From the IMG/VR virus record IMGVR_UViG_2862873970_000001, positions 1 to 64,000 of that record: a stretch of DNA of 64,000 nucleotides. One strand, 5' to 3'. Below the pieces are notes generated by a model. The model did not search any database and was not told where the DNA came from. It saw only the letters and a list, made by a program, of their open reading frames with translations. Numbering within the stretch: the stretch's first letter is position 1; each line of letters starts with the position of its first letter. The stretch is from a virus. Taxonomy: Duplodnaviria > Caudoviricetes. Position numbers and translations under genes: made by a program. Shown piece after piece: positions 46,378-57,065 of this stretch.

Positions 46378-47226
46378 GTGGCAATTACTGTCGACGGCAA
46401 TAACCTCGTCTTTGAGGGTACTGTCACAATCACCAATTTCAATGCAACTCCAACCACTGGTGTTTGCACGCTGACCCTTACCCCCAGCGGCGGGGTGGGG
46501 TCTTTCCCGGCGTTGGCACCGGGCCTCCCCGGCATGGCGCCAATTCTGACCAAAGGCACCGTCACCACCCTGGCCGCGGGACAGCAGGCCACTTTCGACC
46601 TCGTTCAGACCAGCCCCGGCGGTGCCGGTGTGGCGTCGGAGTACACAGTCAATCTGGGCCTGCCCCAGGGCGCTGACGGAACCTCCGGAACCACCACGAT
46701 TGGCACGGCCAGTGACGTCAGTGGCACGCCGGCCGCAGGTGATTTCATCTCGGTGTCGGGGGTTAATGGCGGCACTCCGTCATTCGAGTATGTCTCCTTC
46801 CCGTGGGGAAACGTCTACAACGCAACGTCATTCGACACGGTCAGCGAGAGCGGAAATACGCAGGGCACCCTGGGGACGATCAATATTCCGGCGCAGACGG
46901 CCGACTACTACCCAATCGTTTACGCGACGGCCATCGTCAATGGCACCGCCAACACCGTGGTGGAACTCCTAGCCTTGATTAATAGTCCGACCACGGGCCA
47001 GGTCGTGGCGCAGGTTCCGGGCTTGTCTGGCACTGCAAATCAGCGCCTGGTGATGATCCCCGGGTTTGGTGCGCTCATTGGTGCGTCCGGCTATGGCAAG
47101 GTGTCCGCGGGCGAGACTGTCGAGATCTACCTGGTGGCCCGTCAGACGGCCAGCGTTTCTGATAGCTGGGCGATTGAGGCCTCGACGGTCACGTTCACAG
47201 TCGAAACGCGCCCGGTGGCTTCGTGA
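46378..47226 (+). CDS. minor tail protein
   Basis: Position; G.PG..P, LP.G..G, IPAQ..DY.P.V. Confidence 0.8.
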   Translation: MAITVDGNNLVFEGTVTITNFNATPTTGVCTLTLTPSGGVGSFPALAPGLPGMAPILTKGTVTTLAAGQQATFDLVQTSPGGAGVASEYTVNLGLPQGADGTSGTTTIGTASDVSGTPAAGDFISVSGVNGGTPSFEYVSFPWGNVYNATSFDTVSESGNTQGTLGTINIPAQTADYYPIVYATAIVNGTANTVVELLALINSPTTGQVVAQVPGLSGTANQRLVMIPGFGALIGASGYGKVSAGETVEIYLVARQTASVSDSWAIEASTVTFTVETRPVAS

Positions 47227-50200
47227 CGTCCCCAATCACGCCAGACCCCTCAATCCACAACGACCCCACCACCCCGCAGCAGCTCCCCAGCTTCAACCTT
47301 CAGCCACTGCTGAAGATGTTCGCCGACATCCCAGCCGAGATTATCGAGCTGATTGTCAACGCAGTCCTCAGCGCCTTTGGCCTAGGCAGGATTACAGGCT
47401 CGGTCGATGACCTAGTCAATCAACTGGAGAACGCCCTGCTGGATATCCCGCAGGGCAACATTGCGGGCCTAGTCGAGGCTTTGGCGCAGGCTGGCAGCGA
47501 CATCATTGACGCCATCGTGGGCGCCCTTGGGGGTCCGACTTCAGGCAACGGGATTGCCGACCTCATCAAGTATGTCTCAGCGCTGCCCGAGGACATCTTC
47601 AACACCATCACCAGCATCCTGCAGGGAATTCCGGTTGTCGGGAATCTCATCACCTTTGGTGAATCCCTGATCGGTGGCCTGGTGAGCTGGGTGGCCAGTC
47701 TCCTCGGCTTGTTGGGGCATCCCATTATGACGTCGGGTGGCTCTGGTGCCACCACGAGCACTGGCGAGACACTGACGCAGAGTCAGGCCCTGAGCACGCT
47801 GTTGGGCCTGCTGCCTACCAACCAGCCCGTCCCCACCAATGTGTGGGCGGCACTGGCGCCGGCAGCAAGTCCGAACATCTACACCAGCCCAGCGTCTCAG
47901 TTCCTCAGCGGCGCTGGAATTCAGGGCCAAGGGCTTTGGATGTGGGATGGCTGGGTCGGTACGGGTGCCCCCAACGGGCCCATGGGCTCAATCGCTACCA
48001 GACGCCCCGGTCTGATCACCGTCTATGTCGCCCCCGGCACGCCTGGTGGCATCTTCACGCCAGCGTTCAAGTCTGGCGTGTTCATGGACTATCTACAGGA
48101 CCCCGACACGGCCCACCTAGCCCTCGGATACCTCTTCAATCAGCTTGACCCTGAGTACTTCGAAGTCGTCTACGTTCCGTATCCCACCACGGGAACGATG
48201 TCCACTGCCGTTCAGCAGGGCATCAACTGGATGATCAACACGATAAACACGACTCCCGGTCCTTTCATTCTGGTTGGGCAGGGGCAGGGCACGCTCATCA
48301 TGTCGGGCGTCTATGACCAAATCCGTTATGGGCAACTGACATCGAGGGACAATGACCTGCTGGCTGGTGTCATGTTCGGCAACATGCGCCGCGAGGAGGG
48401 TGCCGGCTTCCCTGGCTACACTCCCCCGGTTGGCACCTCGGGTGCTGTCGTGGATTGTGCAGCCATTGGGCCCTACGCGAATCAGGGCGACCCGACCAAC
48501 CCGGCCGGCGGAAACCTGATCGACACCGAGCCGCGGTGGTGGGAGATGGCCGCTCCTGGTGACTATCTCAGTTGCTGCCCCGTCAAGGGAAGTGCCACGC
48601 AGGTCGGCATGCCGTTTGATCTCGCGAACGCGCCGGGGCCGGATCAGCCCATGTCTCCCGAACTCACTGGTGTTATCGATGCGATTGTCGAGCTGGGTCT
48701 GCTCATCGAGCCCACACCTGGCTTTACCCTTGGTATCTCGGGTCCCATGGGCTACTACTACAAGTCCTACGGATCTGGTGTAACCCTGGATGGTTTCCAG
48801 CGATTAGGTTCTGTCACTAAGGGATTCACCGCCACGGCAATCCTTATTGCAGTGGACGAGGGGCTCCTGACCCTGGACGACACCCTGGACACCTACGTCT
48901 CGGGCGTCGCCAACGGTGACAAGATCACCATTCGCCAGATGCTAATGCAGACCTCTGGTGTCTATGACACTGAGCAGGACGCGCTGGCATCGATTGGCTT
49001 CCTTATCAATCCCGCAGAGGGCATTGACGAGTACACCATGCTGGGGATCATCCGCGGCGGGACACCCAATTCGGAGCCGGGAACCGTTTGGTACTACACG
49101 GAATCCAACTTCATCCTACTGGGATTCATTCTTGAGGCGATCTACCCCGGGAAGACCGCAGGCGAAGTCATCACTGAGAAGGTGTGTGAGCCACTGGGTC
49201 TTACGGCCGAATTCCTCAAGGGTGTCGCAGCCGTCCCCTCGCCCGCCAACACCACCTATGTCCCGGTAATCCTTGACTACCTCGGCCTGCCCTTCGGCGA
49301 CCAGGTGCAGGGCGCCGTGAATATGGACTACTGGTGGACCGCTGGTGCCATGGCCGGAACCATCTACGACCTGGTCAAGTTCGCAACCGCCTCTGGCGCG
49401 GGAACACTGCTCAGCGCGGAGACGCAGCTAGAACGGTTGAATACGTTCACTTCACCAACTGTTACTCCCATGGAAGTGTGGGCGGGGGCTACGGGCTCGG
49501 CCACCTATCAGGAGTGGGGACTGGGCTGGTTCCAGGTCGGCTCTTGGGTTGGCAACGACGGCTCCATCCCCGGCAACGACTGCTGCTGCATGTACGAGCC
49601 GGTGACTGGTACCACCATCGCCGCGATGGAGAACGTTGAGACCACCGCGCCGTATGTCCTTGCGGCCCTTAGTCTTCATTGGTACAACATCGCGTCCTAC
49701 CTACTCCCCGGTTCCACCAACCAGCCCGGCTACTCCCCCGGGTCGCAAGAGGGATCTCTGAATCTTGTTGACGGTGGACAGTTCCGAAACTTCTTCCACT
49801 GGGTCATGCAGACCTATGCGGGCGGAACGCTAGGGGCGCCAGCCGGCGATACCCAATCTCTGACGCTAGAGAACTATTACATCGGCAATGTCGATAGCCC
49901 GCAGAGCGCCTACTTTCTCGGCCAGCCGTTGCTCGGGAAGGGTGATGGACGGTCCTACGCCCAGATTGCGGTGGACTACATCAACTCCTTTGCGGGTGGG
50001 GCGCATCCAGATGGCACGCCAATCACGGCACCGCCAGTCGAGGGGATTCGGCATCAGTTAATCCCCGGCCAGCCCGTCGCAGCCAAGCCCGGGCAGGTGA
50101 TTCGTGCCGGTGCTTCGGTGATATGGAACAACATTGGGACGAACGGCGCATCAATCATTGTGGCCGTTAATGCCTACGATATCGACGGCAATCTCATCGG

Positions 50201-53027
50201 AACCATCACCGCCCCGCAGGCCACGCTGAGCGTTAGCTCACCGTCGAGTGGCTGGCTCTGGAAAGAGCTAGAAGCCGACTTCGTAATGCCCCCTGGTACA
50301 TACAATGCCTGCCTGGTATTCGACGTCGAGGACTTGGCGATGACCACCGGCAAGGTGTGGTTCGCAGCGCCGATATTCGAAGTCACCAACCTGATTGATG
50401 GAAGCCTGATTGACCAGACCACCATCAACCAACTATCCGGCCTCCAGGTCACTGGTCCGCAAGGCATCGCCGACGTGGCGACAGCCTTCCAGAACATGTT
50501 TGACTCTATCGCGTCTGGAACGACTCAAACCGACCAGACGGGAACGGATTACGCCGCTGCCATGCAGGCCTTGGCGCAGTCGGTTATGCAGGCCCAGTTG
50601 GGTTATAACCTCGGCGTCGCCAACAACACCGTCCTGAGTAACCCGGCCACACAGCCTGGCTACAACGCCATCTCCCCGAGCGCGCAAGCCACCTTCCCCT
50701 ACACGAGCCTGACGACGGGGACGCTGAATAAGATCACGGTTACGGCCGGCACAAGCGTTGTCGGGCATATCAACTGCAATCAGGCGCTGACCCTTGGCTT
50801 CGTCAGATTCGTAGCCACCGCAAGCGCGACAGTGAGCGGTGTTTATGTCAACGTCTACACGCTGGATTCCACCGGCACGTACACCAATAAGTGGTCATCT
50901 GGCGACATCGGGTCTTCCATCCCTGATGGATTTGAGGGCTGGGTCAGCGTCAATATCCCTGGCACAAGCCAGTTCGACATTGTCGCTGGCCAGTGGATCG
51001 CCATAGAGGTTGTTTCAGCCACCAACAACATCAGCATCATCGGGGAGACCTGGACCGTACCTAACCAACTCGGTTCTGTTCCGACCAACCTGGGTGCGGT
51101 ACGCACACTGTCCAATACTGGTGGAAACACTCCCGCGACACTGACGGAATCGGACCTGACCTACAGTGGTCAGCTCGCCTACCTGTCATTCGACGTCTCC
51201 ACGCTGCCGCCGGACTACCAGGCCCCACAGGGATGGAGTAAGACCTCCCACGGGACCTACACCTACACAATCCCCGAGTGGGTGCAGGACGGCGACTTCC
51301 TCGACGTCGTCTTGTGTGGAAGTGGCGGTTCGGGTGGTGACGCTGATGGGACGCTGTCCATCTTTGGCACCTACACCTCGGGTGGCAACGGACAGGGTGC
51401 AACCGGTGGTATTTGGCAAGCGCAAACATTCACCTATGGAACCGACATTCCGGACGGCACGACGAGCCTGACCGTCATCGTCGCTCCTGGCCCTCAGGCC
51501 ATTAGCGCTGACGGCGCTACCTCCACGGTGGGTACCGGATTTGCTTCGGCACCCCTGTTCGACGCCAAGGGTATCGGAGCGTCGGGAGCGGGGACGTCCC
51601 TCACGGACAATATCACCGTCGCCGACAAGGCTTGTGTGATCGCCGCAGTCAATACCGGCTATGGCACGTTCAATGTCACCTGCGGTGGCAAGACTATGCA
51701 TCCGCTTGGCCTTGTCTACAACGGCAATGCCGGATCCGGTGGCGCTACCGCACTCTACTGGTTGAATAACGTTTCCGCGGGTGACGTGGAGGTGGTGGCT
51801 ACCTTCGCCACATCTACCTACGCCACCCTGGAAACGATCAGCTTCACTGGAGTTTCCTCGGCCGGATTGGTCACCTCAGTCTATGGCGTTTCCAACTCCC
51901 TGTCGCAGGAAGTTGTATGCGGCGAGAACCAGGTCATTGTCCAGTGTTTCGGTGCGCTATCAGCTCAGTTGGGTGAGTTCAGTGGTGGAACCAAAGAACT
52001 CTACGACTACACGCAGATCGCCTCTGGCGGCACGACGCAATTCCGTCAAGGGTTGTCGGTGTCCTACGCAACTGAGACCACAACGTTTAGTGCCACGGCG
52101 AACGTGGCCGACGACTGGGGTGGCATCTCTGTCGCGCTGAATGGTGCGCTCACCCCGCTGCTTGCTGCAGCCGGCGGTGCGGCCGGCGGCCCGGGTGGTG
52201 CTGGAAACTTCAACCCCGCCAACACTAACCAGACGTCGACAGGCAAGGGCCCAGGCAATATTGTCTGGCAGGGCCAGCTCCATGTGGGCGGACCCGACAC
52301 TATATCGCTAGACCTTCCCGGCAACGCGCCCGGTGGTGGTAGCGCTGGTGGGGATTCCTCTGCTCCTACGCCGCAGTTTGGTGCTGATGGTGCAGCGTAT
52401 ATCACTGCCCGACAGGGGATTAAGTCCTCTGGCGGCGCTGCGGTGCAACCACCCGTGGTGGCCACCTATGAAACACCGGGAACTTACACATACGAGATCC
52501 CGGATTGGGCGGTGTATCTGGACTTCATTCTGCTGGGTGGCGCCTCTGGTGGCACTCCCGGTAGCAACGTTCAGGGTAATACCGGCAGTGGCGTTGGTGG
52601 TGTTCCCGGCTCATGGACGACGGCCACTATATCCACAACCTCTGGATGGCCCTCCGGTGGAACTATCACCGTCACGGTGGGATCTGGTGGTGCTCAATCC
52701 AATACCCAGGGTGTGAATAACAACGGCGCTGCCTCGACTGTTTCATCTCCTGGGATGACTACTTATACCGGCGCTGCCGGTGTGGGTGTTAATACTGGCA
52801 CCGCCGATGGCGTCGGCCCTGGGGATCGGTCGTATAACGGATTCACCTTCGATGGCGGGGCTACAGTGCCTGCGCCCCCGCCGCCAACAAGCACCTCAAG
52901 CAATGCTCAAATCGATGGCAATGCCCCTGGTGGTGCCGGCGCGGGTGGTACATCCGATGGTGCCTTTTATTACTTCGGTGGTGCTGGCGCCGCTGGCGCT
53001 GTCTGGATCATAGCGAGGGCATCGTGA
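47223..53027 (+). CDS. large minor tail protein: cutinase-like, D-Ala-D-Ala carboxypeptidase/beta-lactamase and Gly-rich domains
   Basis: alpha/beta-hydrolase pattern (V.YP...LVGQGQG...MFGN.RR...GD), GSVTKGF (SxxK), WYYTESNF, repeated GTYTY.IP.W..GG.GG modules. Confidence 0.85.
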   Translation: MTSPITPDPSIHNDPTTPQQLPSFNLQPLLKMFADIPAEIIELIVNAVLSAFGLGRITGSVDDLVNQLENALLDIPQGNIAGLVEALAQAGSDIIDAIVGALGGPTSGNGIADLIKYVSALPEDIFNTITSILQGIPVVGNLITFGESLIGGLVSWVASLLGLLGHPIMTSGGSGATTSTGETLTQSQALSTLLGLLPTNQPVPTNVWAALAPAASPNIYTSPASQFLSGAGIQGQGLWMWDGWVGTGAPNGPMGSIATRRPGLITVYVAPGTPGGIFTPAFKSGVFMDYLQDPDTAHLALGYLFNQLDPEYFEVVYVPYPTTGTMSTAVQQGINWMINTINTTPGPFILVGQGQGTLIMSGVYDQIRYGQLTSRDNDLLAGVMFGNMRREEGAGFPGYTPPVGTSGAVVDCAAIGPYANQGDPTNPAGGNLIDTEPRWWEMAAPGDYLSCCPVKGSATQVGMPFDLANAPGPDQPMSPELTGVIDAIVELGLLIEPTPGFTLGISGPMGYYYKSYGSGVTLDGFQRLGSVTKGFTATAILIAVDEGLLTLDDTLDTYVSGVANGDKITIRQMLMQTSGVYDTEQDALASIGFLINPAEGIDEYTMLGIIRGGTPNSEPGTVWYYTESNFILLGFILEAIYPGKTAGEVITEKVCEPLGLTAEFLKGVAAVPSPANTTYVPVILDYLGLPFGDQVQGAVNMDYWWTAGAMAGTIYDLVKFATASGAGTLLSAETQLERLNTFTSPTVTPMEVWAGATGSATYQEWGLGWFQVGSWVGNDGSIPGNDCCCMYEPVTGTTIAAMENVETTAPYVLAALSLHWYNIASYLLPGSTNQPGYSPGSQEGSLNLVDGGQFRNFFHWVMQTYAGGTLGAPAGDTQSLTLENYYIGNVDSPQSAYFLGQPLLGKGDGRSYAQIAVDYINSFAGGAHPDGTPITAPPVEGIRHQLIPGQPVAAKPGQVIRAGASVIWNNIGTNGASIIVAVNAYDIDGNLIGTITAPQATLSVSSPSSGWLWKELEADFVMPPGTYNACLVFDVEDLAMTTGKVWFAAPIFEVTNLIDGSLIDQTTINQLSGLQVTGPQGIADVATAFQNMFDSIASGTTQTDQTGTDYAAAMQALAQSVMQAQLGYNLGVANNTVLSNPATQPGYNAISPSAQATFPYTSLTTGTLNKITVTAGTSVVGHINCNQALTLGFVRFVATASATVSGVYVNVYTLDSTGTYTNKWSSGDIGSSIPDGFEGWVSVNIPGTSQFDIVAGQWIAIEVVSATNNISIIGETWTVPNQLGSVPTNLGAVRTLSNTGGNTPATLTESDLTYSGQLAYLSFDVSTLPPDYQAPQGWSKTSHGTYTYTIPEWVQDGDFLDVVLCGSGGSGGDADGTLSIFGTYTSGGNGQGATGGIWQAQTFTYGTDIPDGTTSLTVIVAPGPQAISADGATSTVGTGFASAPLFDAKGIGASGAGTSLTDNITVADKACVIAAVNTGYGTFNVTCGGKTMHPLGLVYNGNAGSGGATALYWLNNVSAGDVEVVATFATSTYATLETISFTGVSSAGLVTSVYGVSNSLSQEVVCGENQVIVQCFGALSAQLGEFSGGTKELYDYTQIASGGTTQFRQGLSVSYATETTTFSATANVADDWGGISVALNGALTPLLAAAGGAAGGPGGAGNFNPANTNQTSTGKGPGNIVWQGQLHVGGPDTISLDLPGNAPGGGSAGGDSSAPTPQFGADGAAYITARQGIKSSGGAAVQPPVVATYETPGTYTYEIPDWAVYLDFILLGGASGGTPGSNVQGNTGSGVGGVPGSWTTATISTTSGWPSGGTITVTVGSGGAQSNTQGVNNNGAASTVSSPGMTTYTGAAGVGVNTGTADGVGPGDRSYNGFTFDGGATVPAPPPPTSTSSNAQIDGNAPGGAGAGGTSDGAFYYFGGAGAAGAVWIIARAS

Positions 53028-53404
53028 TACTCACTACTGCTGGGCCTGCTGCGGCCGGAATCAACTGGCAGGCCGTCATTCTCACCAAGATGGGGCTCTT
53101 GGTTGAGCCGGATATCGTGATCAGAAATGATCCCCAAACCGGCTTCAACCTCGGCCTCCCCCCCAGCATTCAGATGCTGCCGCCGCAGGGCATGAGCCTG
53201 CAGCTTTCCTCTGGCATCAAGATGGTGTTCGGGACGGTTGGGACTGCCGGCTTCAACGTCGACGCCCCAATTTCTATTGGTGTCAACACCATTCCGAAAA
53301 CCGCTCTCGATGTCCGCATTGAGCTTGGCATGTCCATGGAAGCGGTTCCGATCACTCCAGGGCGTCAGAACAATACCGCGGTTCAGCGAGCATCTACTTT
53401 CTAA
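53024..53404 (+). CDS. hypothetical tail-region protein
   Basis: GTGA coupling. Confidence 0.5.
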   Translation: MILTTAGPAAAGINWQAVILTKMGLLVEPDIVIRNDPQTGFNLGLPPSIQMLPPQGMSLQLSSGIKMVFGTVGTAGFNVDAPISIGVNTIPKTALDVRIELGMSMEAVPITPGRQNNTAVQRASTF

Positions 53405-53428
53405 AGCGTTTAGGAGAAACAACAAAAT

Positions 53429-53929
53429 ATGTCAGCCAGGCTTTATGTCGCCTATAACGCCGTTACCACGGCGCTGACCGCCCCCATGGCTGCGACTGCC
53501 ACATCCGCCAGTACTAGCACTCCGAAGACCATCCTTCAGATCGCCCCCGGGTCACACATCCAGGTTATCGAGGCGGGTTACATGTTCACCTCGGTGCCAT
53601 CAGCCCCGGTGACCATGGAGTTAATCGAGACGGGTTCGGTCTTTGCCACCGTTACGGCGGGAAGTATCTCGAATTACAACGCCCCTACAGGTCAAGCCTC
53701 CGCGGCGACCACGGGCACTTCGGCAACGGGTTTCAACGCAACAAATGAGGGGAGCATCACCGCCACGCGCCTCCTGGCCATGACGGTGGATCAGTCGTTC
53801 TATCAGAAGCAACAGTTCCCGCTGGATCGGGAGCCAGAGGTGGAGAGCGGCAAGTCACTTCGCATCAGGGCTACCCCCGGCAGCGCTGCCGCCGTAAACG
53901 TCATTTGCTACGTCATCTGGGCTGAGTAA
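53429..53929 (+). CDS. virion structural protein
   Basis: AGGAG RBS; Ala/Thr-rich; QFPL.REP. Confidence 0.6.
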   Translation: MSARLYVAYNAVTTALTAPMAATATSASTSTPKTILQIAPGSHIQVIEAGYMFTSVPSAPVTMELIETGSVFATVTAGSISNYNAPTGQASAATTGTSATGFNATNEGSITATRLLAMTVDQSFYQKQQFPLDREPEVESGKSLRIRATPGSAAAVNVICYVIWAE

Positions 53930-54577
53930 ATGGGGGCCCGTTCGGGACGTGCTTATCCCTTGCCGTTATTGAGGCCGATACCCGTACCCCCGGTCGCCTA
54001 TAACGCAAAGGGGACAGGTGCCACAACTGGGGTTGCCACCAGCATCAGTTGGTCACATACCGCAACCGCAGGGGCATACGTGCTCGCCGCTTTCGTGAGC
54101 ACCACCGCCGGGTCAACGCTATCTAATGTCAAATACGGCACCGCGAACATGGCGCTGGTCGGCAGCCAGAATATGGGCACCAACGGTCCGCTCTACATCT
54201 ACGGGCTAGCGAACGCACCATCGGGTGCCCAAACCATCTCGGCCACTGCATCCACCAGCACAGTCATGAACGGATGCTCAGTGTCTTACCTTAATGTATC
54301 GGCCATTGGAACGCCAGTCGTTACATCGGGCAGTAACGCATCACCGTCGCAATCCGCGACAGGACCGCTTAACGGCATCGTATTCCAAGCATTCGGCTGC
54401 TATAACGCCTCGGTGACCAGCTACTCGGGAGGAACCCCGAGGTATAACGCGATAGATTCCACTGGATTCGCAGCACTCGCTATTCAGGATTCAGCAGCCA
54501 ATAACCCATCGTTCAGTGCAGTCCTCAGTGGTTCCACCCCCTGGGCTGGTGTGGCTGTTCCGCTACTACCAATCTGA
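53930..54577 (+). CDS. minor tail protein
   Basis: Resembles the beta-rich module near the C-terminus of the 1934-aa tail protein (.AKG.GA...G.T..Y...W.G..V.L). Confidence 0.65.
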   Translation: MGARSGRAYPLPLLRPIPVPPVAYNAKGTGATTGVATSISWSHTATAGAYVLAAFVSTTAGSTLSNVKYGTANMALVGSQNMGTNGPLYIYGLANAPSGAQTISATASTSTVMNGCSVSYLNVSAIGTPVVTSGSNASPSQSATGPLNGIVFQAFGCYNASVTSYSGGTPRYNAIDSTGFAALAIQDSAANNPSFSAVLSGSTPWAGVAVPLLPI

Positions 54578-54604
54578 CCACTTCGAAGACTCGCGGTGGG
54601 CGGT

Positions 54605-54757
54605 TTAGCCCGTAGCGCATCCGTCGCAGCGCACACCGTCGCCCTGCAATCTCCATCCCGGCGGCAGGCACTCCCGGATGCGCCTATCCGAATCGACGGG
54701 GTGGGACTTATCGGTGGCGCCGCAATTATCGCAACGCCACATCAGCAAAGCGCTCAT
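54605..54757 (-). CDS. small Zn-binding protein
   Basis: CDNCG...LPPGW...CDGC. Confidence 0.4.
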   Translation of the reverse strand: MSALLMWRCDNCGATDKSHPVDSDRRIRECLPPGWRLQGDGVRCDGCATG

Positions 54758-54856
54758 GCCAGCGCATTCTAGCCGCTCACGAAAGGGAAGCCAACCCCCA
54801 GTTAGGCCGCGCTTCACCATCCGCTCAAAAGTTTTAAAAGGAAACAACAACTAAAT

Positions 54857-55528
54857 ATGGGTATTCCAAACACAACTCATCAAGTGGCGTCCAATGCCAT
54901 TGCTGCCGAGGGTAACTGGATCTCCCTCCACCAAGGTGCAGGTGCTGGTACCACGGGCGCTAATGAAGCCTCGGGTGGCGGGTATAACCGTGTGCAAACC
55001 ACATGGGCTCCTGATGGCGTAGGTGACAATAACGGCTCGCAGGTCAACATTCCTTGCGCCGCAGGCACTTACACCGAGGGTGGCATCTTCTCCACCCAGA
55101 TCCTGACGCTTCTTCCCGCACCCTCCGGTCTTACCATTTCCGCCGCTAGTGGCGGAAGCCTAGTATCTGGGACCACTTACTACGTCACCGTCACTGCCGT
55201 TAACTTTGCCGGCGAGACGACCGTGAGCAATGAGCAGTCGATCACGCCGAGTGGAAGCAACCTATCGGCGTCCATCCACTGGTCGGCAGTCACGGGGGCG
55301 GCCTCTTACAACGTCTACCTGGGAACATCCGCTGGCGGCGAAAACGTCCGCATAGCCAACGTAACTGGCACCAGCTACACAATTTCTGCCACCACCGGCA
55401 CCTCGGCCACCCCGCCCAACTCCAACACGGCATCCACCTTTGTGGGGTCCGCGGCCTTTACCGGCGGTTCGGTGACCGTCACCGGAACTGGTGCCTCAAT
55501 CAACGTCACTCCATCCATTACGGCTTAA
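54857..55528 (+). CDS. minor tail protein with inserted FN3-like module
   Basis: SLH....GTTGANEASGG.Y.R..TTW; GTTYYV.VTA...GET..S, W.AV.GA.SYNVY. Confidence 0.75.
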   Translation: MGIPNTTHQVASNAIAAEGNWISLHQGAGAGTTGANEASGGGYNRVQTTWAPDGVGDNNGSQVNIPCAAGTYTEGGIFSTQILTLLPAPSGLTISAASGGSLVSGTTYYVTVTAVNFAGETTVSNEQSITPSGSNLSASIHWSAVTGAASYNVYLGTSAGGENVRIANVTGTSYTISATTGTSATPPNSNTASTFVGSAAFTGGSVTVTGTGASINVTPSITA

Positions 55529-55839
55529 TGAGAATCAAGGAACTAAAAGTAGAAGCAGACGCGCAGGACTATCAGATAGTCATCAACGGCCTTGAGCGCA
55601 TGGTCCTCATCAATAACAGGACCGGGCGAGCCGAAGCGGTAGCCGAACGAACCGGTGGACACACGTGGGTTGTCCAGTCCGTCAATGGCGACCAACCTTC
55701 TGTCACCACCGCCGACCGCTCCGACGCGGTCACAGCCATCAATGACATGGCTACCGCCAACGCCGGCCGTGGCGTCGCCATCTGGGAACCGATCATCAAG
55801 TTCAACGATGAGCTAACCCCATTGCGCCAGTTGCCGTGA
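55528..55839 (+). CDS. hypothetical protein
   Basis: TAATG coupling. Confidence 0.5.
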   Translation: MRIKELKVEADAQDYQIVINGLERMVLINNRTGRAEAVAERTGGHTWVVQSVNGDQPSVTTADRSDAVTAINDMATANAGRGVAIWEPIIKFNDELTPLRQLP

Positions 55840-55842
55840 GCC

Positions 55843-56751
55843 ATGCCCGGATTCAATCGGAGAAACGCCCTTAAGTTTCTCGGCCTGGCTACCGCGCTGG
55901 GCCTGATGACGAAAACCCCAACTTCACAGGGAGAAACATTGAACTACCGGCTCGGTAAGCACCCGGCGACTCCACACTACGGCCTGAAGCTGAGCGATTA
56001 TGTGCGCCACTCCGACCTGCCATCGCTGCCGGAAGAGTTCGGTCACGGAAACCTGGTCTCCGACTGGGGAATGCTGGGAAACGACACTGTCGGTGACTGC
56101 GCAATCGCGGGGCCCTTCCACGCCGAAATGTTGTGGTGTACCGAGGGTGACAAGCCATTCAAGATCAACACCGAATGCACGCTTGAGATGTATTCGGCGA
56201 TCACCGGATACGATCCGTCTGCCTATAACTGGTGGACCAACTCCAATCCCACGGACAACGGGTCCAACGTCCAGGACGTCGCCGAGTACTGGCGCACGAC
56301 CGGACTGAAGGACGCTGCAGGAAACATCCACAAGATCCAGTGCTACATGGCGCTGGAGCCCGGTAATGTCGAGCAGCTTTTCCAGGCCATCTACCTGTTC
56401 GGCGCCGTAGGCATCGGGGTAGAGCTACCCGCCGAGTTCCAAGATGCGTTCAACCGCGGCGAGGTCTGGGATGCGTTGGAAGACCCGCATATTGAAGGTG
56501 GTCACTACATCCTCGGGGTGGGCAAGCGCGCCGGAAACATCGAGATCGTCACCTGGGGTCAAACCTGCCAGCTCACCCCTGCTGCATACGAGCAGTTCAA
56601 TGACGAGACGTTCGTCTATTTCAACGAGGAAATGCTCGTCAAGGGCAAGAGTCTTGAAGGCTTCGACGCTGACCAGCTCATGGCCGACCTGGCCGACATC
56701 CACAACGAGACCGGTGGTGAGGATCCCGCGCCACAGTTATGCGGCAAGTGA
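55843..56751 (+). CDS. papain-like cysteine peptidase with putative Tat signal
   Basis: NRRNALKFLG plus hydrophobic stretch; GND..GDC (Cys), GGHY (His), VTWG. Confidence 0.65.
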   Translation: MPGFNRRNALKFLGLATALGLMTKTPTSQGETLNYRLGKHPATPHYGLKLSDYVRHSDLPSLPEEFGHGNLVSDWGMLGNDTVGDCAIAGPFHAEMLWCTEGDKPFKINTECTLEMYSAITGYDPSAYNWWTNSNPTDNGSNVQDVAEYWRTTGLKDAAGNIHKIQCYMALEPGNVEQLFQAIYLFGAVGIGVELPAEFQDAFNRGEVWDALEDPHIEGGHYILGVGKRAGNIEIVTWGQTCQLTPAAYEQFNDETFVYFNEEMLVKGKSLEGFDADQLMADLADIHNETGGEDPAPQLCGK

Positions 56752-57065
56752 TGTCGGACAGATTGCTTGATCGATTCGCGGCCTGGTTCGCATCAGCCAG
56801 GGGCGTGTGGCAGACCCTAGTCGTCACACTGGCTGTCGTTGCCTTCGAGGTGATCCACCCCACTGCGGATCCCCAGATGCTCATCCTGATGGCGATATTG
56901 ACCATCTACTCCGCGATCACCCAGCCAGCCCTGGCCTACGTCGGATGGCAGGCGGGTGTGCGAACAGACGCACTCCTCAACGAGGAATTGAAACTCATCA
57001 AAGAAGAACTACAACTATTGCGCCAGCTCACTGGCGACGACGAGGTGGAGGTGGGAAAAGAATGA
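56751..57065 (+). CDS. two-TM membrane protein (holin candidate)
   Basis: Two hydrophobic helices; immediately precedes lysin A. Confidence 0.5.
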   Translation: MSDRLLDRFAAWFASARGVWQTLVVTLAVVAFEVIHPTADPQMLILMAILTIYSAITQPALAYVGWQAGVRTDALLNEELKLIKEELQLLRQLTGDDEVEVGKE

